Below the pieces are notes generated by a model. That model worked only from the letters and a program-made list of their open reading frames with translations. It was not told the DNA's origin and made no database searches. Below are positions 14,376 to 28,709 of a stretch of DNA of 64,000 nt, one piece after another. The position numbers and the translations under genes are program-made. The stretch is from NCBI GenBank assembly GCA_965645245.1, contig OZ287067.1, forward strand, positions 1,302,001-1,366,000. The letters run 5' to 3'. The DNA comes from Massalongia carnosa. Lineage: Eukaryota. Every line of letters starts with the position of its first letter. The first letter of the stretch is position 1.

Positions 14376-16839
14376 ATGGCTTCGGGCTCAGTGCCATCCG
14401 AGATCGCAACAGGTGCTCCGATGGCGCCCGTTCCTCCATCACTGGCAAATAGCAAAACTTCTGTAGCATCACCAAAAGTAAGCGCAATGGACGGTAGCCT
14501 AGAACTCCACAATATGGAATCGGTGGAAGACAAGTTGCCATTACACGAAGACATCATGCAGCTTGCCCGTTTGGGAGAAATCGAGCCGATCAAGAGATTG
14601 CTCGAGGATAGGAAGTTCGATGCGCAGTACCAGGACGAAGAAGGCATTACCCCTTTACATGTATGCAACAAAGTACCCACGCCAGTCTTAAAGCCCGTTA
14701 CTGATGCTATTGGAAATTAGTGGGCAGCAATCAACAATCACTATGCGCTCTGCAAATACTTGATTGAATCTGGCGCTGATGTCAACGTCAAGGGAGGAGA
14801 TTCTGTCGCCCCACCAGCCATGTGGGCTGCGCAAAGATGTCATTACTATATTGTCAATCTGCTTCTGAAGAATGGAGCCAATCCTTTGATCACTGATGTA
14901 CAGGGCTATAATATACTCCATCTTGCCACTATCGACGGAAACGTTTTCCTCCTCGTTCTCCTCCTCCATCAGAATATTCCCATAGACGAGCCAGATCTGC
15001 AAGGACACACATCACTGATGTGGGCTGCATACAAAGGGTATTCTGCATGTGTGGATCTTTTTCTGCAGTGGGGAGCTAGCGTCAGCGTTACAGACAGACA
15101 AGGCTTTACCGCTTTACATTGGGCTTTAGTTAAGGGCTCTCCAGTGTGTATACAAAAACTACTTGAGCATGGCTCTGATCGCTTTGTGGAGACAACTACC
15201 GGCAGGTCTCCGGCATTGGTGGCAGAAGATATGGGTTCGGTCGGTGCTTGGCACCGGGCCCTTAGAGAATCTGGCTTTCGCACTGATGGCACCGTAAAAG
15301 CATCTCCTTTGCCATATACATCATTTATCAAATCTCCGCGTTTTCTGAACAAATTCTTCTTTCTCTGTCCATTTGCCGTGTTGCTTCTGGTTTTCTCCAT
15401 CTTAAGCAGTATGGTCGTCTACGCTGCGGTGCCTCTTACTATCTTTTGTGCTTATTCTTTACAATGGGTCGCTCAGCAAGTGCTGCTATGGGCACCTTCA
15501 GATATGAAGCATCTTCACCGGACAGTGAGTTTATCCTAAATATCGTAGATTTATTATGACTAACACAGCCATAGACATACCTAGCAGGTATTTTTGCGGC
15601 TTCATTATTTTGGCTCGGTTTGCGTTGGTTTTCAGATATTCTTCCCAGTACGTTTAGGGTACAGTTTTTGAGCCCTGCTTGGCTAACGCACCCCAGCAAC
15701 TTTCTCCTCCAATCTCATTTTGAATATTATATTTGTGGTTTCTTACGGTCTGTGCACATATTTTTATGCCATCAGCATGATAGAAGATCCAGGCTTCATA
15801 CCGAAGCTTGGAAGCCGAACCCAGCAAAAAGAAATCGTCGAAGAGCTGCTCAGTTTGTGGAAATTTGATGAACAGAACTTTTGTGTCCATTGCTCAGTCA
15901 GGATGCCTATTCGCAGCAAGCATTGCAAGAGATGCAAGCGTTGTGTGGCAAAGGAAGATCAGTGGGTTCCACAACATTCCAAACCAATTTTACGCTCACC
16001 GAGATTAGTCATTGTCCATGGATTCACAATTGCGTTGGTGCAAATAACCACCGACATTTCTTTCTGTACATAGCGTTTCTGGAAATAGGTATATTATCGT
16101 TTCTAGCCCTCGTGTTTAAGTGTGGGTATTCCTTGGATACGACTTCATATACAGTTACCCCCCTCCGCTAATTTAAGTAGATCTCCAGAACATACCAGCT
16201 CCTACACAAACTCGGTGTAACATTGTTTCTGAGGCAATTTGCCAAGTAATCTTGCGAGATACTTTTACGGTGGTACTCGCGATATGGGCGGCCTTGCAAC
16301 TAATTTGGGTGACTATGCTCTTGCTTGTGCAGCTATTACAGATAGCTAGGGCCCAGACCACGTTTGAAAGTATGCGAGGTCGTGTGCACCACGGGTCGCA
16401 AGCTTCGGAGGCAATCACTTCAGCTCTGATAGCGGGAACCACGTCCATGACCGGCGCACAGCTGACCCACACCGGCATGGGTCCCGATCCAGCGTTGCTA
16501 CCTGCATCTCGTCGTGTCCGTGCAAAAAAGGAAGGATGCTTCTCTCAATGGAAAAAGCTTTTAGGTCTAGATATGTTTGTGGCCACGGCTCAGGGAGGCG
16601 TTGGAATCCGAAAGAGAGGCAATCTATTCTCAAGAGGAATCATCACTAATTGCAAGGATTTCTGGTGTGATCCTGCGCCCTATTTTGGCAGGCGGGAGAA
16701 TGGGGATGCTATGCTTGATGGCGAGGTCATCAATTATACCAGAATGTACGAGACACCGCCGAGGATGAAAGCTCGAAGGTCGCCGGCGGGTGGTGGAAGC
16801 AGCTTGTATCATAGCGTTGGCAGCGAAGATGCCGTGTAA
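14376..16839 (+). CDS. AKR1: Palmitoyltransferase Akr1 (ankyrin repeats + DHHC domain)
   Basis: Ankyrin repeats ([19 protein letters not shown]); splicing restores [27 protein letters not shown]. Confidence 0.93.
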
Positions 16840-17142
16840 CTTATATCGATGGTTTTTATTTTCGAACCTGCGATTGTAGTCTGATTCATATAACCGTCCG
16901 CTGAGCACTCGTTACCGATGTTTTTGTGGTAGCGAAGACCTTGATTAAGTCTACCATCTTAAAGTTTTGATGGTAAACAATAGAACTGTCACACCAATCC
17001 ATCACATATTATTCTCTTTGCCACATATGCTCGAGTCTAGGATAGCATATTCTAGCAAGACAGTTTAAAAACTTGAGATATAATCAGATCGAAATATTTA
17101 CGTCATGGCTTTTCAAGCAAAAAGTAGTCAGCTATAGTATTC

Positions 17143-20100
17143 ATGGATGAGGCACGCGTCAAAGCCTTTCGCTCAGTAAGACAGATTTCAATCATGGCAA
17201 CCAGAATTTGACACGTCGTGTAGCTCAAACCTCCATGCGTGGAACTTAGTCAGCTTGCTCAACGGTTCAAATCTAAGAATGCCACGAGTAAACAAGTAAT
17301 CAAAGCGGCCGAGAGTCTTCACGGTGTTCTTGAACATGTTAGTCGACAAGCCAATACACTAGACGAAAAGCTGGCCGAGTATGCCTTTTTTCCTCTGTTT
17401 CATATCTTCCGTGAAAGCCAGCAGTTACCCATACGAGTCATCGAGTTGGCGCTTCAGTGTTTAGATATCCTCATTTCCTATGGTTGGCGGGACAAGATCT
17501 CGTCTGAACTCGGAAAGCAACTTCTCATTCTGCTCAGCCGCTTGGCTGGAGGCAACAGCAACGAAGGTAAGGCAGAAGATGTGAATGAAGACCTTGGTAG
17601 CGCGGCCTTCCAGTGTCTTACAGGCTTGTTCAAAGCTACTGGCGATGGTGGTCTGGGGGAAAATGGGGCTATTCAGTTGGCAAATCTACCCGTTCTTGGT
17701 CATGCCATTACAGTCGTACTTGATGGATTGAACAATGCTCCTTCGGTCAGAGTACGTCTTGCGGCGTCGAACGCCTTGAGCGCTATGATAGATGGCATCT
17801 CAGATGAACAAGCCTTGAGGAGCTTCTTTCCTGGCATCGTTTCATCCTTGACCAAGATGGTCCGTCCTGGCAGCCAGTTAAAAACGTCTTACAAACTCCT
17901 TCAAACAAGCTTGCAAACACTTGAGAAAATCCTAAATAAGGTCATCAGCGATAGAGCATCATCGGTTTCTGCCCATGAATCAAATTCAGAAGCACTCATA
18001 ACCGCTGAGCAGAACACGATTGATTCGTGGGCAAAAGCAACTGCTGGTCAGGTTAAATTGGCTTTGGCGAATTTGATTCCTCTTCAGTATCACGAAAGAT
18101 CCGAAGTTCGAATATCCCTTTTTCGATTGTGTATGTCTATCTTACAGAACTGTAAAAATTCGCTGCAGCAGTCAATTTCTATGATAGCAGAAACTCTGAT
18201 AGTCCTCTACAGTCAGAGCGATCCGGAAGACAACTTCAAATGGTCAGAAACCGTAAGGAAGATAATGATTGATGATTATGAGTTGATGGACATTTTCAAA
18301 AACTCTTTGCATGGCTGGATACTCACATTACCACGGATAATGCAATCAAGTGACAATGCCTCGAAGAGAAAAGGCATCGATCGAATTTCCGCGGCTTTTC
18401 AATTGGTCACAGATCATAATGTAAACCCTGATATATTGAACGACGCAATAGCTTTGAATCTCCGGGCTAGTGTTTCTGCAGCCATTCATGCATCACCATC
18501 TCAAAAAGTGCGACCAGTTTCAGCTGGAGGACTTGAAATCAACACATTACTACAATCTTCAGCCTTTTCAAGGGACATGCTCACTTTTCGTCCACTATTA
18601 TTAAACGAGACAAGCCAAAAGGACACATTGGCTGGACTGCAGACGCTGGCACAACAACTTAAGGTCTTGCCTACATCAAAAAAACTGCAAAGATCAATCA
18701 TCGAGACTTTGAGACAAACATCTGGAGATGAACAGTTAGCAAGCCTATGGCTTTCTCTGCAACTTCTCAACAACACTCAAAAGCACGACCACGATGAGCT
18801 AGACCAATATCTCAACCTCCCAGACAACCCAGATGAAGTAACTAACGAGTTCCTCGATGAAGCCTACTCCTTTTCCCTTGACCTCCTTTCGAAACCTGCC
18901 TTCGAAAACCCAACCACATGGGAACTCCAAGCTCTAGCCCTGGAAACCCTCGCCCTTCAAGCATCCTACCAAAAACAAGAATTCCGCTCAGAGCTCGTCG
19001 ACGCCCTCTACCCCATCCTGGAACGTATGGCTTCTCACCAAAACCCCGCCTTACAACATCACGCTATCACAGCCCTGGCTATCATCTCCCACGCTTGCGC
19101 CTACCCCAACCCAGTAGCCCTCATCGTGGATAATTCCGACTACCTCGTCAACGCTGTGGCTCTGAAACTCAACACCTTTGAGTCGCTCAGCCCACAGGCG
19201 CCGCAGGTGCTTGTGATGATGGTTAAGCTATGCGGCGCGCCGCTGGTCCCGTACCTGGATGACGTGGTCGAGTCCGTGTTCGCCGTGCTGGCCTGCTACC
19301 ACGGTTACCCGCGTCTAGTTGAGTCACTCTTCGCCGTCCTCCACGCCATCGTTGAGGAAAGCGCGAAATCGCCAGTCTTGGCCATCACCCCCGCTTCCGA
19401 GCTCGTTCACCGCCAACCCATCTATCGCCCCACCAACATCGACGCTCTAGCCGCCCGTCTCAAAGCCCTCAACATCCCTCGAAAAGATGACGACGACGGC
19501 TTTCTCTCCTCCACATCTACCAAACAACCCCTATCCACCGAAGAAGACCCCCCTCCCCCGGCACCAACAACGCTCCTCCTTAAAATCTCTACTCTGACCC
19601 AACACCACCTAACCAACCCCTCCATTCCCCTATCCCTCTCCCTTCTCTCCCTCCTAACCTACGCCTTCTCTCCCCTTACCCTTTACCCCAACCTCCTCCT
19701 CCCCCTCCTCGCAACCCTATTCCCTGCCCTGTTCTCCCGCCTGCATTCGCCCCTCCCGCAGATATGCATCGCAGCCGCCACCGCCCTTTGCGCCGCTTGT
19801 CGCTCCGGCGGCGATTTCCTCGCCAGCCGCTTCGAGGACTGCTGGGACGAGCTGCAGATGCTCTATCAGCAACACGAAAAGGACGCCATTGCCGAGGGAA
19901 AGGCTTTCGGGCGAGGAGAAGGGGCTGGAGGGATGAAGAAGAGAGCGTGGGTCGCGATGCGCGACCTGCTGATTTGTGTGGTGGAGTTCGTGGGCGTGAG
20001 GCCGTGGATGGAAGACGGGGTGTTTGCCATGTTGGGTGCTCAGCTGGGGGCCCTGGGCGTTCGCGAGGTGCTCGAAGGCTTGAATGCGGATGCGCTTTGG

Positions 20101-20193
20101 CTGTTGGAGGAAAGGGAAAGGTACCGGAGGGGGGAGGTGGGGGCTAGGGTCAGGATGGTGGAGGGGTTGGGGCTGAGGGAGATGGAGCTTTGA
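17143..20193 (+). CDS. TTI1: TEL2-interacting protein 1 (TTT complex HEAT/ARM protein)
   Basis: Short first exon MDEARVKAFRS spliced to LKPPCVEL; LAEYAFFPL, FFPGIVSSL, NSDYLVNAVALKLN and GGDFLASRF motifs typical of Tti1. Confidence 0.88.
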
Positions 20194-21034
20194 AGAAATG
20201 GTGGTGCTGCGTCGATGATGGCATTTTTTTCCCTTCGTGTTCCTCTTTTTCGAGTATGAATAGCGGGTAAGTATGGATGGATGGATGGTTGCGGAACTGG
20301 GCGGACTGGCTGGATTTTCCGCTGGGATGTGTACCCAGTTCCTAAAGAATGCTAGGGAATGAATAATAAATTAATCTTACCTACTTATACGACCAGCAAA
20401 ACTTAAACCATGCGATCGATTGATAGACGCGACTCATAAATAGGCATCGTGGGTTGAATAATCAGAAGTGATTTCATTGCCTACCTATCCAGCCACTTGG
20501 ATCCATTCCCTGATCAACACGGAAGCAAGGCTACCTCTCGTTATCATTTTGCAATACTTTGAACGAATCGAGTATCAACTAATCAGCAAGATCTCGCCAT
20601 CCTCTCGTCCCTAAGCCCAAAGTCCCCAAAACTCTATAAGTGTATAATATCTGTAGTAATTTGATTTACGATAGCAAATGAATGAACCAACTCGAATGTG
20701 GGTTTGAATTACACTAACAAGAGCAGCGATTTATCTACCTAACTTTATAAAACGGGTTTGAAGGCAGATTGAATGATTGGGATTATCATGTATACTGTAC
20801 AAAGAAAAGAGCAGCGAACTCGAAGAATTTCTAAAACTCGCAAAATGAGTAGAGAGGACCCCCAACGGTTTGCAGATAGGGAGAACAAAAACATGCATAG
20901 GGCAAAGCCTGAAAGAGTAGGCCATTAATGGACGGATAAGCCGATCTTGAAGCCAAAGAAACCCTTCCCAAGGTTTGCGTTTCCATCTCAGACATTTGTG
21001 CAGGCCAGATTATCTGTTAGTGGAGCAAAATGCC

Positions 21035-22481
21035 TCAGTCCTCCTCCTCAGACCCATCTTCGTCATCATCGCTCTCAGCGTTTTGGAGCCACTCAAGGAA
21101 CGGCTCAGCGGCCTTGCGGACTTTTTTGCTGGTGGCTAGATCGACGTACTTCTTACTGGCTTTAGTGCCCCAGTTCTTGAGCACAGATTCGGAAATCAGA
21201 TCTTCTTGGTAATAGGCAAGGAGGATCTTGGGCATCTGGGGAACAAGCTTAGGGTGTTCGTTGCCAACAAAACGTTCAGTGCCGCCAAGAAAAGCCTTTT
21301 CATGGCGTTCGGAGGTAATCATCTACATACTGTTAGTTGAGAAAGATGATATGTTATGAAGGGACCTTGTACCTTTTTGAGCATGCCTGCACGTTTGGGA
21401 ATCTGTGTAACGATTGTGTCATCAAAGATAGTCTGAGCGAGTACCGTCAAGGTCTTGTGTTTTGTCTCGATACCTAGATCCTTGGCTTTGACATAAATTT
21501 CTACGTCGTCCAGTTGGCCGACACCACCGGCTTTGGATTCAGCGGTGCTGATGACCCAGCTACCAAGCTGTTCGTAGGCGCTGTTACCGCTGGTCTCCCC
21601 TTCACCGTCTTCATCCCCGTCCTCAAAAACGAGTTTCTGCTTCAAATCATCTGGTAGTTCTTTGGCCCTTGCTTTGACAGCTTCCTCGGAAACATCAACA
21701 GCCCATACATCATCTTTAGTCTCGGAATGCTGGTCCAACTCCTTTGCTTCAGCGTTGATACGACGGGTCAGCTCGTCATCGCTACCAGCTTCGAGAGCTA
21801 GGTCTCCCTCATCGTTTTCTGCGTTTTCCGAGTTACTCTCCCCAGAGCCGGCGTGGCCGTTACCATTCTGTTCCGCATCTCCGTTCTCCTTGGCCCTGGC
21901 TCTACGCGCCTTCTTGTCAGACTTGTCCTTCTTGCCTTTCTTTGGCTGATTCTTGAGAATAAAGGAGCTGAGCTTAAGGCGAAGGTCCACGTCGGAGCGT
22001 TGGCCGCATGCTTTGCAGTCCAGCACAATGTGTCCATCCTTGATGACAACGTCAGTCTCTGGGTTCTTGCATTTCTTGCAAAGAACGAATTTGCTAATAA
22101 ACCCATCAAGGTAGTCCTGGAGCTTCGAGGCTTCGTGGGCACCGTTGATAATCCAACGGTCATCCGCAGGATTTGTATTGGTCTGTGCTCCAAGCTCAAA
22201 GCCGAAGTACTTGATGACATCTATTAGGATGTTAGCATCCTGAACCTTGGATGATTAGGAACTTCCTTACAAGACGATGGTCGGCTAAGGGATTGAGCAA
22301 CGCTGCTAAGGTTGACAATGACAGTTTTGATACCATTCCCCTTTCCTTCAATTTTGGATTGGAGACGTTCCATCTTATAGCGATAGAATGGATCGGAAAC
22401 ATCCTGTAAATGATATCAGAAGAAGTTAGAGTGAGACGAAAGATACATGATACTCACTCGGCGAATGTTGAGAGTAGCCAT
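21035..22481 (-). CDS. TIF5: Eukaryotic translation initiation factor 5
   Basis: [35 protein letters not shown], zinc finger CKKCKNPET...CKACG, C-terminal W2 domain ending [12 protein letters not shown]. Confidence 0.96.
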
Positions 22482-22504
22482 GATGACGGTGTTGGTGAGG
22501 ATAC

Positions 22505-22743
22505 TTAGAATATATGCAAATTGAGAATTGTCCGAAACCAAAGAATAAGACCGCCGACCGATACCGACAGAGACATGCGGGGATCCAGCGTGCTCCTGAA
22601 AATGCTGCGAAGCTGCGAAATTTGTAGAGGACTAGTTATCCGTTGGACCTTGAGTAACGACTACAAGGTTTCCGCGGTATGCGAAATGATTGCAGCTTAA
22701 GCGGCGGATGGTGTCTGAAGGGGTTGACGCGGGGCGAATACAT
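22505..22743 (-). promoter_or_regulatory. Two upstream ORFs with poor-context AUGs in the eIF5 leader
   Basis: TTT-ATG-T at 22743 (35 codons to TAA 22636) and CGC-ATG-T at 22576 (23 codons to TAA 22505). Confidence 0.55.
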
Positions 22744-23793
22744 AAACAGCAAGTCTGTCGATCCTGCTCCTCTACAAAAATGTAATGTATGGAGAGGTTG
22801 TAATGCGGACCAAAGGACTTGGGACGAGGCTGAAAAGTTGCAGGGGTTTTGTTCAAGCACTGATTTCTTTATGCAGTTGAGAGTACTCTGTAGATGAAGT
22901 TGGGCAAGACGTTTGATCAAGCCCGTTGAACTGCCTGGGTTGATGGTGATAAGTTGGGTGATGCAAATGAGGATGAAGAAGGGAGAAAGAGGTTTCTTAT
23001 GCGGAAAAAAGTTGGGAGTCAAAGCCGTTTAGTAAGCATTACAGTACGCTAGTCCGTATGTAGGAAAGATTACTGCATACGGATGCGAGACTGTTTTCCA
23101 CGCTTTCCTCAAGCGAGCAAGTTCCGCTTTTTGCTGCCTGTTTGATCCATACTCTGTACTCTGTAACTACACAGTAGAGATGCATGTGGGAACGGAACCC
23201 AGTCTACCACCTTTGCGAGAGTTGCTCCACCTGAAGTCACCTGACTTCTTGATGCATGTGTGCTCTGTGCTGGGTGCCGAGTACCGAACACTGTACCTAT
23301 ACCTCACGCTTTTCGACCGCAACTCCGTCTTCAGCTCATCAGATGCCGCGCTTAGCCATCGGAACATACACCCTCGTCAAGTATGTTGCTTCTTCCATCA
23401 TTACAGGAGTTTGAGTGATTTCCCCGTACTCTGGCGCCGCGTGTTCGAGGTCGTCCCCTTGTTAGATTTGGAAACGGTCGTGTGATACACGAGATGTGGA
23501 AAAAACCAAATCACAAGGATTCAAGAAACCCGTGCAAAACATTCACTCCTTGTAACATCAGATAGCCGATACTTCTTCCGGGGCTTGATCATCCAAACAG
23601 TATTGAGGGCATTGTGGTTTTGTTGTCGTATCCGCAGTAATAATATATTTAGCACGTCAACTTGATGCCTCGTGCCTGCTGCTCCCGGTGATGCTCATTT
23701 GTATACCAACTGATGCTTCTCTTGCCCAATTTCGAGCAAGCTAACTTGCCCTGTAGCCATCTCCGTCTGAGCTTCGTCTCTCCTTCTCCAAAA

Positions 23794-26762
23794 ATGCCTC
23801 GTTCAGTATCTTCCCTTCAGGCCTCCCAAGCGGCTGATGAAGAAGGCGAGGAAGATGACGATTTCTCGACACACACGAGTAGCTTGACCCCCAGCTCGCC
23901 AGTTGCGACCCGTCGACTCTATTCTGCCAGGACATCGGAGCTTGATCTACGGCACCGATTACCATCACGACTCCAACTAGATGAGCAATCAAGCCTTCTG
24001 GCCTTTCCGGATGGCCTTCAGCGAAGCTACACCAGCGAGCCGAATACCTCGAGACCACAGTTTTCCGAACGACAGAGCATATCAGGCAGCATACGACTCC
24101 GAAGGAACCACAGCCGTGCCAGCTCGTGGGGTGTCCGACTAGCGACCGCGCTGGGTTCAGAGAGAAGACCAGGGGAAGCTGGTCTTACTGAGTCCAAGGC
24201 GTCGCTTTTCATAGACGAACGGGTGTGGTATGATCAGTTTACGTCCACAGACTGGGTTCATGACAGCATTGCTGATTCTTTTCGCTTGCGCGATCTGAGG
24301 GCACGCAAAGACATACGAGGGCGCGTCTACGCATGGTTTGATGGGGCGCAAGGGTGGGTTCTTGTAGCGATTATTGGATGTATCACGGCCTTGATAGCTT
24401 ACTTCGTCAACGTCACGGAAACATTTATTTTCGACATCAAGGAAGGACATTGTAAAGAAGGCTGGTACTTCAGCAAAAGGAAATGCTGCTATGGGGAGGA
24501 GCACTGCCCGTCATGGAAAACATGGGGAGATCAATTAAGCGTAGCTGGGGTAGAGAAAGAACGGATAGACTTTGTAGCATATGTCTTCTTCGTGGTGTTG
24601 CTCTCCATTGGAGCTTGCTTACTTACCTTAATCACCAAGACTGTTATACCTTCGGCATTCTCGCTGTCTACACTGGACGAGAACCTCGGTGCAGAGAATC
24701 GGAAACGTCTTAGCGAGGGCGAAGAACTGATTAGGAGCGGCGGAGTGAGCCCAGCCCAAGAAACGGATGCCACCCCAATATCAACCACTATGGTATATTA
24801 TCCTGCAGCAGGGAGCGGAGTAGCGGAGGTCAAGGTCATTCTCAGCGGTTTTGTCGTCCATGGATATCTTGGGCTTCGGACCCTGGTTGTGAAAACACTA
24901 GCGCTCATCTTGAGCGTGTCATCCGGATTGAGTCTTGGGAAAGAAGGCCCATACGTGCATATTGCAACTTGCGTTGGCAACATCGCATGCAGGCTGTTTC
25001 CCAAGTACAATCACAATGACGGTAAGCGACGGGAAGTGCTCAGCGCCAGTGCTGCCAGTGGTGTCGGAGTCGCCTTTGGTGCTCCTATTGGAGGAGTTTT
25101 ATTCAGTCTGGAAGAAGTCAGGTATTTACAGCGGCCATATTGTTCCAGAAGAGAGTGTTGACTGGCTCAAGTTATTACTTTCCACCCAAGACTCTCTTCA
25201 GAACCTTCTTCTGTTGTATAGTAAGTCCTTCACCTGAATCTTGTAGATTATTCTAATTTGCCCTCAGGTTGCAGCCATGTCCCTCAAATTCTTAAATCCA
25301 TATGGAACAGGTAAGATAGTCATCTTTGAGGTCCGCTACCTAACGGATTGGAGGTTCTTTGAGATGTTTGTGTTCATACTTCTTGGTGTCCTTGGTGGAG
25401 CGACTGGCGCTTTGTTCATCAAAGCATCTAGGATCTGGGCACAGACATTCAGGCGAGTTCCGGTCATCAAAAGATGGCCACTTCTTGAGGTGGTCCTTGT
25501 GGCCTTGATCACAGGGCTGATGAGCTTCTGGAACCGATTTACCAAACTTGCCGTTACTGAGTTGCTGTTTGAATTGGCAAGTCCTTGCGGCATCAACGTT
25601 GAATCGAGCCTATGTCCTGCATCTAGAGAGGAGATTCTAGCCATTGCTCGTTACTTGTGTATCGCGTTTGTCATCAAAAGTCTTCTAACTACAATAACGT
25701 TTGGGATCAAGGTCCCAGCGGGGATCTATGTACCTTCCATGGTGGTCGGCGGATTGTTGGGAAGGATTATAGGTCATCTTGTTCAATATCTTGTCTTGAC
25801 TTATCCAGATCATGCAATCTTTGATAATTGCCCCGCAGATGGAGGTCTTGAGAGTTGTGTTACTCCAGGTGTATATGCGTTAGTCGCTGCTGGTGCCACC
25901 ATGTGCGGAGTAACGCGCCTATCCGTTACATTGGCTGTTATTCTTTTCGAGTTAACTGGGAGTTTGGATCACGTATTGCCCTTTTCGCTCTCAGTACTAG
26001 TGGCGAAATGGACCGCCGACGCTCTAGAGCCGCTTAGTATTTACGTATGTAATTTGTATCATGCCTTGTATAATTTCACAGAGCTGACCTCAACGCACAG
26101 GACCTCCTTACGGATATGAACTCCTATCCCCTCCTCGATAACAAAATCCGACCCATTTTCACCTCGGACCTTGGTGACATTACCCCCAAGATGCGATCCC
26201 ATCGTGAAATCGATATCTCTAACTCGCCGCTCGTTCCCGCCCAGGGACTGCGCCGAAAGCTCGAGCGCCTTCATAACGCGGGCGAGCTAGACGGCGGCCT
26301 CCCAGTTGTCCGCCATGGAGTGCTGGTTGGCTTGATCCCTGCGCCCGACCTCGAATTCGCGCTCGACAACCTCGAGGATGAGGAACATGCGCAATGTTTG
26401 ATGACGACGAATATCTCATGGCAGGACGGAGAGGAAGATGACGCGGAGCAGGAGCACGATCCTACAGATTTTACGCCGTATATTGATCCGGTAAGCTGCG
26501 TCTGGTTTCCCTCCCTCTTCCATTCGGTAATCAAAGAGGAAGCAGTAGGAAGTATGAAGCTAGAAGCTGTTGACGCTGAAATCAAATATAGGCACCAGTC
26601 GCTTTAGATATTCACTCCCCTATGGATTTAGTGTTCCAATGCTTCGTCAAGCTGGGCCTCCGTTATATTTGCGTCCTGCGAGATGGGCAGTATGCGGGGC
26701 TAATTCATAAGAAAACTTTTGTCAAGTACGTCAACGAGATCGAAAGTACAAAGGAGACTTAA
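23794..26762 (+). CDS. CLC voltage-gated chloride channel / Cl-/H+ antiporter with CBS domains
   Basis: GSGVAE, GKEGP, FGAPIGGVLFSLEE, GIYVP signature motifs; C-terminal CBS pair; multi-exon. Confidence 0.93.
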
Positions 26763-27312
26763 TGTAACCACCTTCCCTCTGGGGGCCTCCGAGGGGAAGA
26801 TAGCCATCACGTTTTATGTTTGTATGTCTATGTGTATGGGAAGATATTTAGTCCTTGATTTTTGAGTCAGGGGATTTATTGCATACGGCGATAGAGAGTT
26901 TTCAAGTCATTTTGTTATATGCAACTATTCGGCTTTGTTTTAGCGAGGCTCACGGTGGAGGCTTTTCATGATTGGATATCTAGGCATTCATCTTTGCGAT
27001 TCTGTAGAGCATGGTCCCTATAGCGGTTTGGAACTCCAAAGTCTTTAAGCTTTTAATTCCAAGCGGCGGCGTTTTTGAGCGAGAACCTGAGGGAGATAAA
27101 GCCCGTCAGCATAGAGAATCCAAGGTCAGCGGAGCAGACGTAATACATCCTTTAAACTGCTGTGTCTCGTATGAGGTGGTCACTCACCTCCGTCACCCAG
27201 AACGCAACTTTGAGTTTCGTATGTTGCCGCTTATTGCTTCGCAGCCCCAATTACCTATCCAACTTTGAGAAAACGCCATGCCCCCCAAAAAGGTCTTCGA
27301 CGGACCATTTTT

Positions 27313-27368
27313 ATTGTTGATGTTGTTGTTGTTTTTGTTGTTGTTGTTGTTGTTGTTTTTGTTGTCGT
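27313..27368. repeat. (GTT)n microsatellite just downstream of RRP45
   Basis: Imperfect GTT run of about 18 units. Confidence 0.85.
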
Positions 27369-27370
27369 GA

Positions 27371-28506
27371 TTAGCGCTCATTCGTCGCCTGAAGCTCCGC
27401 TTCCATTCCGCCCGGATCCCTCCTCTGCGCGTCCCGCTCCAGCGCCCCCTTGATTGTTTTACCCAGCTCCGCCACCTTCTGCACGGCGACATCCACGCAT
27501 TGAAGCAGCATTAACGCATCGGCGGGGGCGCCGCCGGATTTGTGCACCAAACACACCTCCCCTTGCTCGTTAGCCGCGACGACCACCTCCCCGCTACACA
27601 CGCGCTCTTCACTCAAGGTCGCATCGAGCAGTAGCGTCGCCACCCTTTCTTCCCCATCCCCATCATCTCCGTTCAAATTCCTTTCCTCCCCTGCCCCTAC
27701 TCCCCACACACTAACACAAAGCGGCCAATGTAGCAAACTCAAGGGCGCCGGCTCCCTCTCCCTCGCCTTAAAAACTGTGACCTCCTCTCCTCTGACGCTC
27801 GTGGCCGGTAGCCGAAAGTGTGCGAGAGCGGCAAGCGCGGCGATGCTGGCGGCGGTGAGGAGGGAACCGTCGTGTGCGAGGACGTGCATGGTTAGGAGGA
27901 GGGACCAGACGGCGCGGGAGGCGAGTAGACAAAGGGACTCAGTAGGGATGGCGGAGGAGCGGCGGAGGGTGAGGTCGAGGAGGTGGGTTAGTGTGGATTC
28001 AAGGAAGCTGGATCTATTGAGTGTCTAGGGGGTTGGTAGGTTACTTTCATTTGGGGTTTTGGGCGGAGGACGAATTGTGAGAGGGAAGGGTGGAGGGTGT
28101 TGCCTTTACCTGCCGACTTCGAAGGCGGGGGACGCGAGCGGGGATAACTCAGTTGAGATTGTGAAAATGCCATCGAATTTCCGGTCTGGATGAGGCGCTG
28201 TAACGCTGGCGGAGATACGGGCGAGGACTCTACAGCCGGGTTCAAAGCGGAGAAAGTTTAGCTATCTGGCAACCTTGAAAAGGGCAATCTCCTTTCCTCT
28301 AAAATGAGTGTGAGAGAGAGGGATAATTTATCAGTGGTTTACCTCGTTTTCCCTAGCTGGACATCCGCGACCCCAAATTCGTCGCCGAAAGATATTTCGA
28401 TGGGGCGGTAGGCATCGAGCGCTCGGCCGTCTAAGCGCACATTCTCTTGGAGAGCTTGGAGAACGAACGCTCGCTCGTTGAGGGATGGTTCTGCTTCTCC
28501 AGGCAT
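27371..28506 (-). CDS. RRP45: Exosome complex component Rrp45 (RNase PH fold)
   Basis: MPGEAEPSLNERAFVLQALQENVRLDGR, HDGSLLTAASIAALAALAHFRLP, C-terminal ELQATNER. Confidence 0.9.
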
Positions 28507-28709
28507 GTTCGGAGGCTATTGAAGCTTGGAGCGGTAAAGCTATCGGATATATTGGTGGTGGGCACGGCGGGGCGGAGGTTGGTGCATCGTACAAGGATCA
28601 ATATTTTACCGGCTTGGCAGATTGATCAAGCACTAGCGAGTCTCGTGAGCATTAAATTACTCCAGGTTGATAAATAATCTCCTTCACTAAGCAATAACTC
28701 GAAATCATC

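Noticed and set aside
24808..24830. GSGVAE instead of GSGIPE in the CLC selectivity filter
   Set aside because: The selectivity serine and both glutamate motifs are retained; I have no basis to claim altered function
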